DNA of 64,000 nt, taken from Pseudomonadota bacterium (GTDB taxonomy: Bacteria; Pseudomonadota; Alphaproteobacteria; Caulobacterales; Parvularculaceae). Below the pieces are notes generated by a model, which made no database searches, was not told where the DNA came from, and saw only the letters and a list, made by a program, of their open reading frames with translations. Shown here piece after piece: positions 8,820-18,444 of the stretch. A program made the position numbers and the translations under genes. Where the stretch lies: the NCBI GenBank assembly GCA_038534195.1, contig JBCAXE010000014.1, positions 2,604 to 66,603 on the forward strand, in the 5' to 3' direction. Numbering within the stretch: the stretch's first letter is position 1; every line of letters starts with the position of its first letter.

Positions 8820-9206
8820 TTAGGCGCTTGAAGCAACTGAAGAACGATCGATATTCCCAAGCGGCGCCCCATCAGCGCCATAAGCGCCCACAGCGCGTTC
8901 GCGCTTGGCGACTGCGGCGATACTGCGTTGCGCGCGTTGCGCGCCGATGATGAAGGACCTGAGTTTTTTCATGTTATCGCCTGCACTGGCCTGTATTGAG
9001 CGCAGTGCTGCTGTAGCCGTTCTAGCGCTACGCGGATTTTCGAAGAGGGCGTTCGCAGCCTCTAACTGACTCAGAATCGCCGTTTTCCGTTCAGTAATTT
9101 CGGTGAGATTATCAAAGGAATATTTCTGTAATGCTTGCCGTTCCTTATAAAGAATATCGTCAAGCTCGCTCAATAACGTCACCACTGTTTTTGATTTATC
9201 AGTCAT
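8820..9206 (-). CDS. FlgN-like flagellar chaperone (128 aa)
   Basis: Helical protein with an FlgN-like N-terminus (LLSELDDILYKERQALQKYSFDNLTEITERKTAILSQLE). The ATG at 9206 is preceded by GGAGG. It overlaps the upstream rod-binding gene by 8 nt. Confidence 0.55.
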   Translation of the reverse strand: MTDKSKTVVTLLSELDDILYKERQALQKYSFDNLTEITERKTAILSQLEAANALFENPRSARTATAALRSIQASAGDNMKKLRSFIIGAQRAQRSIAAVAKRERAVGAYGADGAPLGNIDRSSVASSA

Positions 9207-9513
9207 TTCCTTTACCTCCAATTTGTTCGATGATCGCCCGCCGAATTCCAAGCACGTCTTTTTGTGCGAGTTGATCCGCATAAGATTGGATTAACTGTTG
9301 GGAAAACGCCTGACCGCCGAAGCCTGAATCCTGTGCTATCGCCTCCCCGAGGCCGGTATGAGAGAGCATTTCGGCAATAAAAATCGCTTCGAATTCCTGG
9401 GCTCTCTCTTGCAAACTATCAATGCTGGAAGACGGAACCGATTGCTTCGGCGAGATTGTGGGTCGCGCGGCGGCTACGGAGGTAAGGCTTAGATTTGATG
9501 TCATTTTCTCCAA
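9199..9513 (-). CDS. Rod-binding protein (FlgJ N-terminal domain-like, no muramidase domain)
   Basis: 104 aa with the Rod_binding-type core EFEAIFIAEMLSHTGLGEAIAQDSGFGGQAFSQQLIQSYADQLAQ. The start is ambiguous (TTG at 9513 or ATG at 9504). Confidence 0.75.
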   Translation of the reverse strand: MEKMTSNLSLTSVAAARPTISPKQSVPSSSIDSLQERAQEFEAIFIAEMLSHTGLGEAIAQDSGFGGQAFSQQLIQSYADQLAQKDVLGIRRAIIEQIGGKGND

Positions 9514-9584
9514 CTTCGTTGTTATTCATAAGGCACGTATAAGTAGTGTAACTAAATAATAAGTTATTACAGGTAGTAGAAAGC

Positions 9585-10619
9585 ATGCCTGCTACAACGT
9601 TGCCGCTGGACCAATTCTCCGAGCCGACCGCCTTTGCGACCCGTAATGCGTCACCGGTCAAGCCCACGGATACGGGAGCATTTGATCGCGAATATTTTGA
9701 AAAAGAGTTCGAAGAACCACACGCCGCACACTTGACCGTCGATAGTCAAGCCATTGCAGAAGAAACACAGCAGACTGACGATGCGTTAAAAACTGCTAAA
9801 TCCGAGCCTTTGACTGGCGGCGATGGTGAAACGAATTTGACGCCTTCGTTTAGCTCATCGGGACCTAAAGGAAATTCCGTTTCGTTCGCTACCCAAAGGC
9901 TTTTTAGCCATGGCGAAACGGCGCAGTCGCCCCCTGGTGACGACCGTACATTACAATCGGCTGGCGATGCTGATCTCCGGGCCGCATCCATCAGCGACGC
10001 GCTCGGCCAGGCGCGAGCTCCAAGCGGTGCAGAGAGTCGGTCGGTTGTATCGACACAGGCGCCGGATGTTTCCGGCCTGAAAAGTGCTCCTACTATTGGC
10101 GCCCCTGAAGCTGAACTTGCAAATATCAACGTAACAGGCGTTGAAAGCGAAATCGCTACGCCTGACAAGACCGGTGACAAGTCGGCGATTTACAACCGCA
10201 GTCATTTTTCGCCCCAGGTCGAACGCGCAGCGGGCGAACAGGTCACAGCTGCAATTCTACGTAGTAAGGATAATGACCGCCTTGAGATAGCGCTTGACCC
10301 TCCGGAATTAGGGCGTATTCGTATTGATTTTGACTTACAGCGATCAGGCGCTGTAAAAGCCGTCATTTACGCAGAAAATATGCATACGTTTGATCTGCTT
10401 CGGCGCAATATCGATATACTGAAAAACGAGCTACTGGAACGTGGCGGCGACGATATCGATTTATCCATGGGCGAACAAACATGGTCCGAGAATAAAAATG
10501 AAAAACGCGAGGCGGGCGAGCGCACAAAAATGATCAACTTAATTGCTGCGTCAACTGATTTAGATTCAAGAGCATCTGGGCTGACGGAAAAACCTGGCCG
10601 AATCGATCGCGTTATTTGA
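9585..10619 (+). CDS. fliK: Hook-length control protein FliK-like
   Basis: 344 aa. The N-half is low-complexity and Pro/Ala/Ser-rich. The C-terminal Flg_hook-type segment reads LEIALDPPELGRIRIDFDLQRSGAVKAVIYAENMHTFDLLRRN. It sits upstream of flgD. Confidence 0.8.
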   Translation: MPATTLPLDQFSEPTAFATRNASPVKPTDTGAFDREYFEKEFEEPHAAHLTVDSQAIAEETQQTDDALKTAKSEPLTGGDGETNLTPSFSSSGPKGNSVSFATQRLFSHGETAQSPPGDDRTLQSAGDADLRAASISDALGQARAPSGAESRSVVSTQAPDVSGLKSAPTIGAPEAELANINVTGVESEIATPDKTGDKSAIYNRSHFSPQVERAAGEQVTAAILRSKDNDRLEIALDPPELGRIRIDFDLQRSGAVKAVIYAENMHTFDLLRRNIDILKNELLERGGDDIDLSMGEQTWSENKNEKREAGERTKMINLIAASTDLDSRASGLTEKPGRIDRVI

Positions 10620-10629
10620 GGAGATGTTA

Positions 10630-11325
10630 ATGCAGAATATTGGTCAAAGTACGAGCGCCACGAGTTTGTCTCAAAGACTGCCGTCCAGAGACGACGTATC
10701 GGTAAACGCGGCGGCGAGTGAGTCGCAATCCTCCGGTGAGATCGGGGCAGACTTTGAGAACTTCTTGGAATTGCTAACAGCGCAGCTTAGAAATCAGGAT
10801 CCGTTAAGCCCCTTGGATTCGACCGAGTTTGTTGCGCAATTGGCGAGCTTTTCTTCAGTTGAGCAGCTTGTAAACGCCAACGCACGTCTCGATCAGATTG
10901 CCGCGAGCGTCACTGGCGCGGACATTCAGCAATATGCGGGATTGATAGGGCGCGATGCGGCATTAGACGGCGCCGCATTCGAATATGATGGGAGCCCAAT
11001 TGACTTTCTTGCGCCCAATTCGAGCGAAGGGACGCGCACCGTTATAAGTGTACGCGACGAAAATGGCGCTGTAGTCGCCGAGTTTGATGTGGTAAAAAGC
11101 GAGAACCCGCAAAGCTGGACCCCACCGCGCGAATTAGAGCCGGGCGCCTACCGGCTTGATGCCGCACTGTATCGTGGCGACGAACTGATAGAGATACAGC
11201 CGGCGGCCTTGGTCGGGCGCGTCGAACAAATCACATTGGTGGACGGTGAGATCGTGTTGCGTCTCGATAATGGCGTCACAGGTAATGCGTCGGCGGTGCG
11301 CTTGTTAAGAGAACCGCAGGCGTAG
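10630..11325 (+). CDS. flgD: Hook capping/scaffold protein FlgD
   Basis: Motif DFENFLELLTAQLRNQDPLSPLDSTEFVAQLASFSSVEQL. The second ATG (10630) is better spaced from GAGGAG (10618-10623) than the ATG at 10624. Confidence 0.93.
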   Translation: MQNIGQSTSATSLSQRLPSRDDVSVNAAASESQSSGEIGADFENFLELLTAQLRNQDPLSPLDSTEFVAQLASFSSVEQLVNANARLDQIAASVTGADIQQYAGLIGRDAALDGAAFEYDGSPIDFLAPNSSEGTRTVISVRDENGAVVAEFDVVKSENPQSWTPPRELEPGAYRLDAALYRGDELIEIQPAALVGRVEQITLVDGEIVLRLDNGVTGNASAVRLLREPQA

Positions 11326-11387
11326 GCGAAACTGTAGATAGAACGTCGCCAGGATCTTCATTGCGGCGAGGGGTTTGTTTGCACCGC

Positions 11388-11879
11388 CTAATACCGTTGA
11401 ATGCCGACATCCTGTATCAAGACATTGCGCACGTCCTCTCCGAGGACGGAACGCGCCGCTTTGAGCAGCGTAGATCGCGCGATTGCACGCGCCTCGATTT
11501 CACCAGGGAGACCACCGAGCACGCCATCGGCGGCGAGTTCGAATAGCGCCTCGAGTACGGCGTCGCGAACCTGGCTTTCTTTCGCATAAGAGCCGGATGT
11601 ACTTGACGTCGACATCTCAAGATTAATTTCAAGAATGACCATGTATTGAGGCTTACGGTCAACCAGAACAGGAACAACAAACTGGCGCGAGAATTTAAAA
11701 ATTGAAATGTCTTCTTCTTTACTCTCTTCGTGAACACTCTTCTTTTTCGATTCTTTTTTTTCGTTTGGCTCCGTAGATGGTGCATTTTTTTCGGCGTTTG
11801 AAATTTTAAAAAAGTAGCCGCCGCCGCCGCCGATAACCGCAGCGAGTAATAGTAAGCCGATGAACAGGATTTTTTTCAT
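11388..11879 (-). CDS. fliL: Flagellar basal-body-associated protein FliL (paralog 1)
   Basis: 163 aa with an N-terminal TM helix, a Lys/Glu-rich linker and a FliL core (FKFSRQFVVPVLVDRKPQYMVILEINLE). It is the last gene of the motA...flgH operon. Confidence 0.8.
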   Translation of the reverse strand: MKKILFIGLLLLAAVIGGGGGYFFKISNAEKNAPSTEPNEKKESKKKSVHEESKEEDISIFKFSRQFVVPVLVDRKPQYMVILEINLEMSTSSTSGSYAKESQVRDAVLEALFELAADGVLGGLPGEIEARAIARSTLLKAARSVLGEDVRNVLIQDVGIQRY

Positions 11880-11881
11880 GA

Positions 11882-12631
11882 TCAGAATGGCGAAATAAGA
11901 TCAATAACTTGTTGGCCGTACCGGGCGCGTTGAAGGTCGCTTATTTGACCGCGTCCGCCATATGATATGCGTGCATCGGCGATCTTATCGTACGTAATAA
12001 TATTGCCGCGCGAAATATCCTCGGGTCTGACGACGCCGGCAACCTGCAATTCTCTCAATTCATAATTCACGCGAATTTCCTGACTACCTGAAATTACGAG
12101 ATGACCGTTTGGAAGGACGCCGTCCACTGTCGCCGCGACGCGGAGCGTGATCCGTTCTTCGCGTTGAATTAAGCCGTCGCCCACCGACGTGGAATTCGAC
12201 TCCGTTTCTACCGCTGGATTAAGGTTTGCGCCTCCCGGCAACGCACGCGCAGCAAGCGTATTGACGCCGAGAAGCGCCGGAACCGATAAGTCATCACTGG
12301 AAGACCGATTTCGGTTCGTTCGATTGCGGATTTCTGCTTCTTCATCTATTTCAATCGTAACTGTAACGATATCGCCAAGCGCGCGGGCGCGGCGATCTCC
12401 GAATAAAGATTCAGGCCCGGAACGCCAAAGCGACGCCGTTGATACCGCCTCCGTTTGAGCAGGCGATGATTGCGTAATCGCAACCCTCCGCTGGGCGATC
12501 GGCGGAACAGGGTTTCGCGGTTTCCCCGGGGGCGACATGCTGGGCGGTTTGTTGAAGTGGTCGAGGTTCGTAGCGCAACTCGTTGTAAGAAACGAAACCG
12601 CCACTGCCACTAGGCTAATATTTCTAATCAT
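11882..12631 (-). CDS. flgH: Flagellar L-ring lipoprotein FlgH
   Basis: Lipobox LTTSC and the FlgH core LFGDRRARALGDIVTVTIEIDEEAEIRN. ATGA-coupled to flgA (12628-12631). Confidence 0.93.
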   Translation of the reverse strand: MIRNISLVAVAVSFLTTSCATNLDHFNKPPSMSPPGKPRNPVPPIAQRRVAITQSSPAQTEAVSTASLWRSGPESLFGDRRARALGDIVTVTIEIDEEAEIRNRTNRNRSSSDDLSVPALLGVNTLAARALPGGANLNPAVETESNSTSVGDGLIQREERITLRVAATVDGVLPNGHLVISGSQEIRVNYELRELQVAGVVRPEDISRGNIITYDKIADARISYGGRGQISDLQRARYGQQVIDLISPF

Positions 12632-13092
12632 CTTACTCTAACTGTCCCTTCCTCGATAATCATGCCACTGACGATCGCCTTGGAATCCGTATTCATCACG
12701 CGGATTGTTTCGCCGATACCGCCGGCCCCCAACGCACGTCCAGACGCGGACAATTCCAGCAAGCCCTTCGTAAATTCAATTTGAACGATTTCATTTCGGT
12801 CGATGACGCGAATCGGCGCCGTATCTGATGACGCGATAGTGTTGCCTGGATACAAGGTGCGCCGAGCAGCTTTTCCAACAATTGACGACAAGGCGATGCG
12901 CGCTTCGTCGTTCAGTGCGCCCGATATGACCAAGTTTTCGCGGGTGATTTCTTCGCCGGCGCGAATAGGATTTGCCGGCGAAATTGACGTCATCTGCGTT
13001 TGCGACGAATTTTGCGCAATTGCATCGACCGCATAAATCGTCGAAAACAAGGCAGCGCACGCTAGAACGGTCGAATTCAGATAGTTGATCAT
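12628..13092 (-). CDS. flgA: Flagellar P-ring assembly chaperone FlgA
   Basis: Signal peptide MINYLNSTVLACAALFSTIYA plus a SAF/FlgA-like C-terminus (RVIDRNEIVQIEF...IRVMNTDSKAIVSGMI). The ATG at 13092 lies 4 nt after the flgG stop. Confidence 0.8.
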   Translation of the reverse strand: MINYLNSTVLACAALFSTIYAVDAIAQNSSQTQMTSISPANPIRAGEEITRENLVISGALNDEARIALSSIVGKAARRTLYPGNTIASSDTAPIRVIDRNEIVQIEFTKGLLELSASGRALGAGGIGETIRVMNTDSKAIVSGMIIEEGTVRVR

Positions 13093-13096
13093 GGCG

Positions 13097-13882
13097 TCAC
13101 CGGATTTGACTCGTGGCCGAGAGCATTTGGTCAACAGCGGAAATAACACGTGAATTCAATTCGTAACCGCGTTGCGCTTCGATCAGGTCGGCGATCTGCT
13201 GAACAACGTCAACGGAGCTTTCTTCGAGAAAGCCCTGACGTAACGTGCCGCGGCCTTCCAGGTCCGGTTGTCCGGGCTGTGGCGCGCCGGACGCTTCGGT
13301 TTCACGGAAGAGATTGCCGCCGATTGCAGATAAGCCTTTCTCATTCGGAAACCTCGTTAAGGTAATTGATCCGATTAGCTGCCCCTCTGGCTGACCATCG
13401 AAGTAGGCGAATACCTCACCGTTGGTATTGATGCTGATGCTTCGTGCATCTTCCGGGATGGTGATATCGCCGGATAGAGGATATCCATCAGCGGTAACGA
13501 CGAGCCCTTCGCCCGTTCTCTTGAAGGATCCGTCTCGCGTAAAGGCTGCATCACCCGACGGCAATGTGACTTCAAAGAAACCGCGTCCTTCAATAGCAAG
13601 ATCCAAATCGCCTCCAGTCTGTCGTAGCGACCCTTGCTCCTGGTTGACAGTGACTGACGCTGTGCGTACGCCCAGGCCGAGTTCGACGCCAGATGGCGCA
13701 ATATTGCCGGTAGATGACGTCACTGCGCCGGGTTCCTGCAACAGTTGATAGTGAAGGTCCGCGAATTCGGCGCGTCGAGCCGCGAAGGCGGTCGTGCTCA
13801 TATTCGCAATATTGTTTGAAATAACCGCGACCCGTGTTTGCTGGGCGTCCATTCCTGTGGCGGCGATCCTCAGAGCTTGCAT
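13097..13882 (-). CDS. flgG: Flagellar distal rod protein FlgG
   Basis: N-terminus MQALRIAATGMDAQQTRVAVISNNIANMSTTAF and C-terminus DLIEAQRGYELNSRVISAVDQML. The ATG at 13882 is preferred over the ORF start at 13921. Confidence 0.95.
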   Translation of the reverse strand: MQALRIAATGMDAQQTRVAVISNNIANMSTTAFAARRAEFADLHYQLLQEPGAVTSSTGNIAPSGVELGLGVRTASVTVNQEQGSLRQTGGDLDLAIEGRGFFEVTLPSGDAAFTRDGSFKRTGEGLVVTADGYPLSGDITIPEDARSISINTNGEVFAYFDGQPEGQLIGSITLTRFPNEKGLSAIGGNLFRETEASGAPQPGQPDLEGRGTLRQGFLEESSVDVVQQIADLIEAQRGYELNSRVISAVDQMLSATSQIR

Positions 13883-13924
13883 ATTCCTTTGCCTTTCCTG
13901 GTCTCGTAATTCGAATTTCACGCA

Positions 13925-14644
13925 TTAGCCGTCGTTGCCGAAGGCGTCGATGGCGCGCGAAACCCTTTCGTGTTCGTCAGCGATAATCTGTTGGTTTAGT
14001 TCGAAGGCGCGCTGTACTTCTATCAGCCGGGTAATTTCCATTACTGAATTAACATTCGACTCTTCAACGAACCCTTGGCGCAATTTCGGCGCAGTAACTG
14101 GTGTGATCGCCGCAGTCGATCGTAACAGATTATCTCCTTCGCGGATCAGAGCCGTGGCCGGCGCTGTCGCGACCGCTAACTGGCCAACGGGTAGGCCGTC
14201 TGCCGCGATTGCGCCGTCGTCAGCGATTATCAAATTGGCGGCGTCCGTTGGTATGGTGATTGGGGCCCCGCTTTGATCGAGAACGGAATGACCGGATTGC
14301 GTTGTTAATCCGCCTTGGGCGTTCAGGCTAAACGATCCTGCTCGCGAAAGGCGTTCTCCTTGCGGCGTATCGATAACGAAAAAACCTTCGCCTTCTATCG
14401 CAACGTCAAGCTGGGCGCCTGTCTTTGTAATTGCGCCGTTTGAGAAATCTAATACACGTCCAGCGATCCGGGTTTGGGAAAGACTCTGATCGCCGCTTGA
14501 GAGGACTCGAACGTACTCAGAATAAAACGGGCGGTCCGAGCGAAATCCAATCGTATCGGCGTTTGCAATGTTGTTCGCAATAGTCGTGAGTTCTTTCGTG
14601 AGCCCATTTTGCCGGGAAATCGCCGTGTAAATCACATTGGTCAT
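13925..14644 (-). CDS. flgF: Flagellar proximal rod protein FlgF
   Basis: 239 aa with N-terminal NNIANADTIGFRSD and C-terminal LIEVQRAFELNQQII. It sits upstream of flgG. Confidence 0.9.
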   Translation of the reverse strand: MTNVIYTAISRQNGLTKELTTIANNIANADTIGFRSDRPFYSEYVRVLSSGDQSLSQTRIAGRVLDFSNGAITKTGAQLDVAIEGEGFFVIDTPQGERLSRAGSFSLNAQGGLTTQSGHSVLDQSGAPITIPTDAANLIIADDGAIAADGLPVGQLAVATAPATALIREGDNLLRSTAAITPVTAPKLRQGFVEESNVNSVMEITRLIEVQRAFELNQQIIADEHERVSRAIDAFGNDG

Positions 14645-16908
14645 GGTGTAGTTCTTTTCTTCATGAAATCAATTTCGTCGTTGACGCGATTGTGAAACGC
14701 AGACATGAGGATTGGATCCTTCGATGCATTCTCAAAAGCCGGTCTGAAAAAGCTGTCCACTACTGCGAGCGTCTCTTCATCATCTCCGAGCGCATCGATC
14801 GCATACTTTGAAGGCGACGCTGCGCCGCCGGCGAGCGCTGATAGTAAGAAATCTTCGGCGTCTTGCGGCGAAAGCGCCGATTTGGGCAACAACTCATATA
14901 ACCTTGTTGCATTTTCCCAATCGCGCGCTTTAAACGCTTCTCGCGCCAGTTGCGTCGTTGCGACACCTGCTGCACCGAGTTTACTCATGAGCGCCTCAGC
15001 ATCCTGAGCACTTTGAGGCCCGTCGATGCGGTTTAGGGCGCGAAGACCCAACAGCGCCAACTCCGGATCAGTCGCATATGGGCGCGTGATGGCGAACGCG
15101 GATGCAGGAGCGTTCGCGTTAAGTGCCGCCCGCGCCGCTGCTAACGACTCGTCTCGCGACAATGGCGCCGAACGCCCGTCATAGAGCGCAGATATCACGT
15201 CAAGAAGCCCATATTCTGCGGCGACCGCCGCGGCGGCGTCGATAAGGTCGCCATATTCGGCGAACGTGATTTTTTCGTCTGTAATCTTTAGCGCTGCCGC
15301 GATGCGCTCATCTTCTGCAGAATCTTCGAGCGCTTTGACGAGCATCCGTTTTTTGTCTGCAATCGCAGAACTCACTGTCTCATGAGATGAGTCCGCGCCT
15401 TTTTCGATTTTTGAAAAGGCTTGCCCAATTATTCCAGACTTTGACGAAGCTGCAAGGGCGGCTTGATGGTTCTTATGAACTCCAACCGATTCGCTCACGC
15501 TTGACAGTCGTCCTTGAACGAGACCAAACGGCGAACGCTCAGCTGGCAATTCATTCTCGACGGCGGCTTGGAGCGGACTGACCAACGCTGCTTCTTGAAC
15601 GGGTGATGTCTTGGCGACGATTCTTTCCGACCCAATTGTTGGCTCCGGACCAGTTCCCGAGCCCTCTAGGTTGACGCGAAGAAAACGAATAATTTCAGGT
15701 TGAGGATCTCCGTATGCGGACTCAGCGATCGCGGTGAATGCTGTTGCTGCGGCCTCGTCGCCGCGGTTCAAAGCGGTATGAGCAAGGCGAGCATGAATCG
15801 GTCCTGAAAAGACCGGTTTCAACGACAACAGTCCAGACAGTGCTGCATGATCAAAAGCTCCGCGACCTTCACTGAGAGCCGCCGTGGCGGCATTAAGACC
15901 TGTACTGATCGGATCACAATTGGCAATTTTGGAAAACGAAGCTGATGGCGGATGATTCGCGCTTTGAGCAAGCGGTCCCGTAGTAAGCTTCAAAAGGGCA
16001 TCTAGAAAATTTAAGTCCATAGATTGTTTGGAAGACATCATAATTGCACGCGCTTCGTCGAAGAGCCCTAGCCCAGCGTAGGCAAACACGATCTCTCGTT
16101 TTGCTAGGGCGCGGATTTCTTCATCTGGGCTTTGCAGATCGCGTCGAAGGCGCACGATGTCACCGAAGGCGAATTCACGGCCCAGAGTCGATACGGCGTT
16201 GAGCGCATTGCTATCCGGACAGGCTTCAATAATTTTTTCGTTCGTTGTGGATTCTTCTGAAGAAGTAGTGAACGCCGGCGTGATTGCGGGCTGAGCGCGC
16301 GGCGCATCCGGCCTCTCCATAGATTCAGGTTGTTTCAGGGTGATCTCACCTTGCGCATTGGCCTCAGCAAGGAGTGATGTCAGCCGTTCACGCGCGATGC
16401 GAATGCGTTCTTGATGAGCCAGATCCCTTGCCGGCGCAGTAATGTCTTCATCTGTTGGCGCATGGCGTGTTTCAACGGGCGACGACTCGATTGCTACGAT
16501 CTTTGTTTCAGTGTTTTCGGCTTCATCGCTGTTCTTGATATCGATAATGAGCGCATCAGAAATGCCTGTGTAGCGGACAATATTACAGTCGCACGTCAAT
16601 CTGAGAAGCAGCGTCGCTCCGTTTCCGGTATTGGCGATGCTGGCTGAACGTACGCGATGCGCTTTCTGTGTGACAGTGAGTTCAGTGATGTCAAACGCTT
16701 GAGCTGGCGGTAAATCGCTGATGCGAACTGTCTTCTCAGATTTGTCAATAGCGAGCCTAACGTCGCGTCGCTTTTCTTTGGGGAGGGGAATGACGATCCG
16801 GGAGTAGTCGCCGTGCTCGCCCGCGCGCACCTTTATGGTTAATGCGTGGGCAGGTTGATAGGCTGCGGCGAACAGAAAAATGAGGCCTGTCAGGATAACG
16901 CGGGTCAT
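14641..16908 (-). CDS. Uncharacterised 755-aa secreted/periplasmic protein embedded in the motA-flgF operon
   Basis: Signal peptide MTRVILTGLIFLFAAAYQPAHA, a beta-rich first ~100 aa, an acidic linker, then an Ala-rich helical repeat-like remainder. ATGA overlaps join it to motA (16905-16908) and flgF (14641-14644). I recognise no canonical flagellar family. Confidence 0.85.
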   Translation of the reverse strand: MTRVILTGLIFLFAAAYQPAHALTIKVRAGEHGDYSRIVIPLPKEKRRDVRLAIDKSEKTVRISDLPPAQAFDITELTVTQKAHRVRSASIANTGNGATLLLRLTCDCNIVRYTGISDALIIDIKNSDEAENTETKIVAIESSPVETRHAPTDEDITAPARDLAHQERIRIARERLTSLLAEANAQGEITLKQPESMERPDAPRAQPAITPAFTTSSEESTTNEKIIEACPDSNALNAVSTLGREFAFGDIVRLRRDLQSPDEEIRALAKREIVFAYAGLGLFDEARAIMMSSKQSMDLNFLDALLKLTTGPLAQSANHPPSASFSKIANCDPISTGLNAATAALSEGRGAFDHAALSGLLSLKPVFSGPIHARLAHTALNRGDEAAATAFTAIAESAYGDPQPEIIRFLRVNLEGSGTGPEPTIGSERIVAKTSPVQEAALVSPLQAAVENELPAERSPFGLVQGRLSSVSESVGVHKNHQAALAASSKSGIIGQAFSKIEKGADSSHETVSSAIADKKRMLVKALEDSAEDERIAAALKITDEKITFAEYGDLIDAAAAVAAEYGLLDVISALYDGRSAPLSRDESLAAARAALNANAPASAFAITRPYATDPELALLGLRALNRIDGPQSAQDAEALMSKLGAAGVATTQLAREAFKARDWENATRLYELLPKSALSPQDAEDFLLSALAGGAASPSKYAIDALGDDEETLAVVDSFFRPAFENASKDPILMSAFHNRVNDEIDFMKKRTTP

Positions 16909-17774
16909 GCCGCTTCCTTTTTAAGTGACTTCAATGCTTCTTCGACTTCATTAAAACTTGGCCTGTTATTACGCGGCGTATTGCGCCGAGCCACTTCGAC
17001 CGACATTTGAGGCGTATGTAAATTTAGCGTTGCAACGAACGCTTCACGGATGAGATTGTAAAAGGTGTGTTCTTCGCGCCTGATCGTTGCAACCCGGTCA
17101 GCAATTGGACCAACAAGGCAATAGGCCAGGAAGACACCCAGAAACGTGCCGACGAGTGCTCCGCCGATCAATTGTCCAAGAACTTCCGGCGGCTTGTCGA
17201 TTGACGCCATTGTTTTGATAACGCCAAGAACAGCGGCGACAATGCCGATTGCTGGCAATCCGTCCGCCATCTTTTGCAGCGCATGGGCGCCGTGTTGGCT
17301 TTCCTCTTCCATTGCTTCGAGTTGTTTTTCGAGAAGGTCTTCAACTTGATGCGGATTATCGTAATTCATCAGCATAGAGCGGATCGTATCGCAAATGATT
17401 TCTACTGCTTCATGATCGCCTTTGATTTTTTCATATCGATTAAAGATTGAAGATTCCTCGGGATTTTCTATGTGCTCTTCGGCCTGCACCGCATTTTCTC
17501 GCGTCAGACGGACGAGTTCGAACATCAAGCACAATAAATCTTTATAGTCGGCTTTTTTCCATTTCGGTCCGCTAAGTGCTCGACCAAAATCGCCACCAAT
17601 CTGTTTGATCGTATGGAAATCGTTGCCGACGATGAGCGCGCCCGTCGCCGCTCCGCCGATAATCATGATCTCGTACGGAAGTGAATGGAGGATAATACTG
17701 AATTTGCCGCCCGCGATGTAGTAGCCGCCGAAGACCATTACGAGCGTAATCAAAATTCCGAGAATACTTGTCAT
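16905..17774 (-). CDS. motA: Flagellar stator protein MotA
   Basis: 289 aa. MotA/TolQ/ExbB-type protein with N-terminus ILGILITLVMVFGGYYIAGGKF and C-terminal TM pair LPAIGIVAAVLGVIKTM...GGALVGTFLGVFLAY. Confidence 0.93.
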   Translation of the reverse strand: MTSILGILITLVMVFGGYYIAGGKFSIILHSLPYEIMIIGGAATGALIVGNDFHTIKQIGGDFGRALSGPKWKKADYKDLLCLMFELVRLTRENAVQAEEHIENPEESSIFNRYEKIKGDHEAVEIICDTIRSMLMNYDNPHQVEDLLEKQLEAMEEESQHGAHALQKMADGLPAIGIVAAVLGVIKTMASIDKPPEVLGQLIGGALVGTFLGVFLAYCLVGPIADRVATIRREEHTFYNLIREAFVATLNLHTPQMSVEVARRNTPRNNRPSFNEVEEALKSLKKEAA

Positions 17775-17859
17775 CTACAATCCATGATATGCAATAGAAA
17801 ACATTGCACGGATAAATTGCATACCTACAGATAGTTAAAGAAGCCCGAAGCTGTGTTCA

Positions 17860-18444
17860 TCAGCGGCGAGATCGGTTGGCGAACTTGACCGAAATCGCAT
17901 ACGCTTTTTGTGGTTCCATACCTGCGAGAATTGCCGCCGCGCTTTCTGTGTCCAGTTGAGCTAGCAATCCTGAGGCGAAGTCGATATCCATCTCGTCAAG
18001 TATTTCGCTCGCCAGCTTTGGTTTCATCGAATTATAAATTGCTGCCAACTGTTCTACGTCCCTACGCTGGCGTCCTTCGATTGCATCGATAAATTGCTTC
18101 ATTTCAGCGTTCGCCGAAGCCAATTCTTCAAGTCGCTTTTCAATTTGGGCCGCATACGTTTCCATCTGCGCCTGCTTTCTGGCGATTGCGTTTTCACGGG
18201 CGTCAAGCGCAGCGATCCTGTTCTTGAGGGTTGCGGCGAGTTCTGTGGATTCGCACACCGCCGTCTTCCGTTCCCCATCTCCTGCATCTTTTGTCGTGGA
18301 TAAGGATATTGACGCCGAAGAAGCTCTCTCGTCGGGTTGCTTTGCCCCCGTATCGTCGGCGAGATCTGCTGCGAATACTGCGAGCCGGCCGACGAATGAC
18401 ATCGCAAAGCATGCGCCAAGAACCATCATTGCCCGTATTCTCAT
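17860..18444 (-). CDS. MotE-like / MgtE_N-domain flagellar protein
   Basis: Signal/TM segment, a coiled coil, then LAAIYNSMKPKLASEILDEMDIDFASGLLAQLDTESAAAILAGMEPQKAYAISVKF. The ATG at 18444 overlaps the upstream stop (ATGA at 18441-18444). Confidence 0.65.
   Translation of the reverse strand: MRIRAMMVLGACFAMSFVGRLAVFAADLADDTGAKQPDERASSASISLSTTKDAGDGERKTAVCESTELAATLKNRIAALDARENAIARKQAQMETYAAQIEKRLEELASANAEMKQFIDAIEGRQRRDVEQLAAIYNSMKPKLASEILDEMDIDFASGLLAQLDTESAAAILAGMEPQKAYAISVKFANRSRR

Noticed and set aside
11754-11761. 8-nt homopolymer in fliL1 as a phase-variation switch
   Set aside because: The tract is short for efficient slippage and simply encodes Lys codons within a Lys-rich linker. 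There is no evidence of alternative frames producing a meaningful product.
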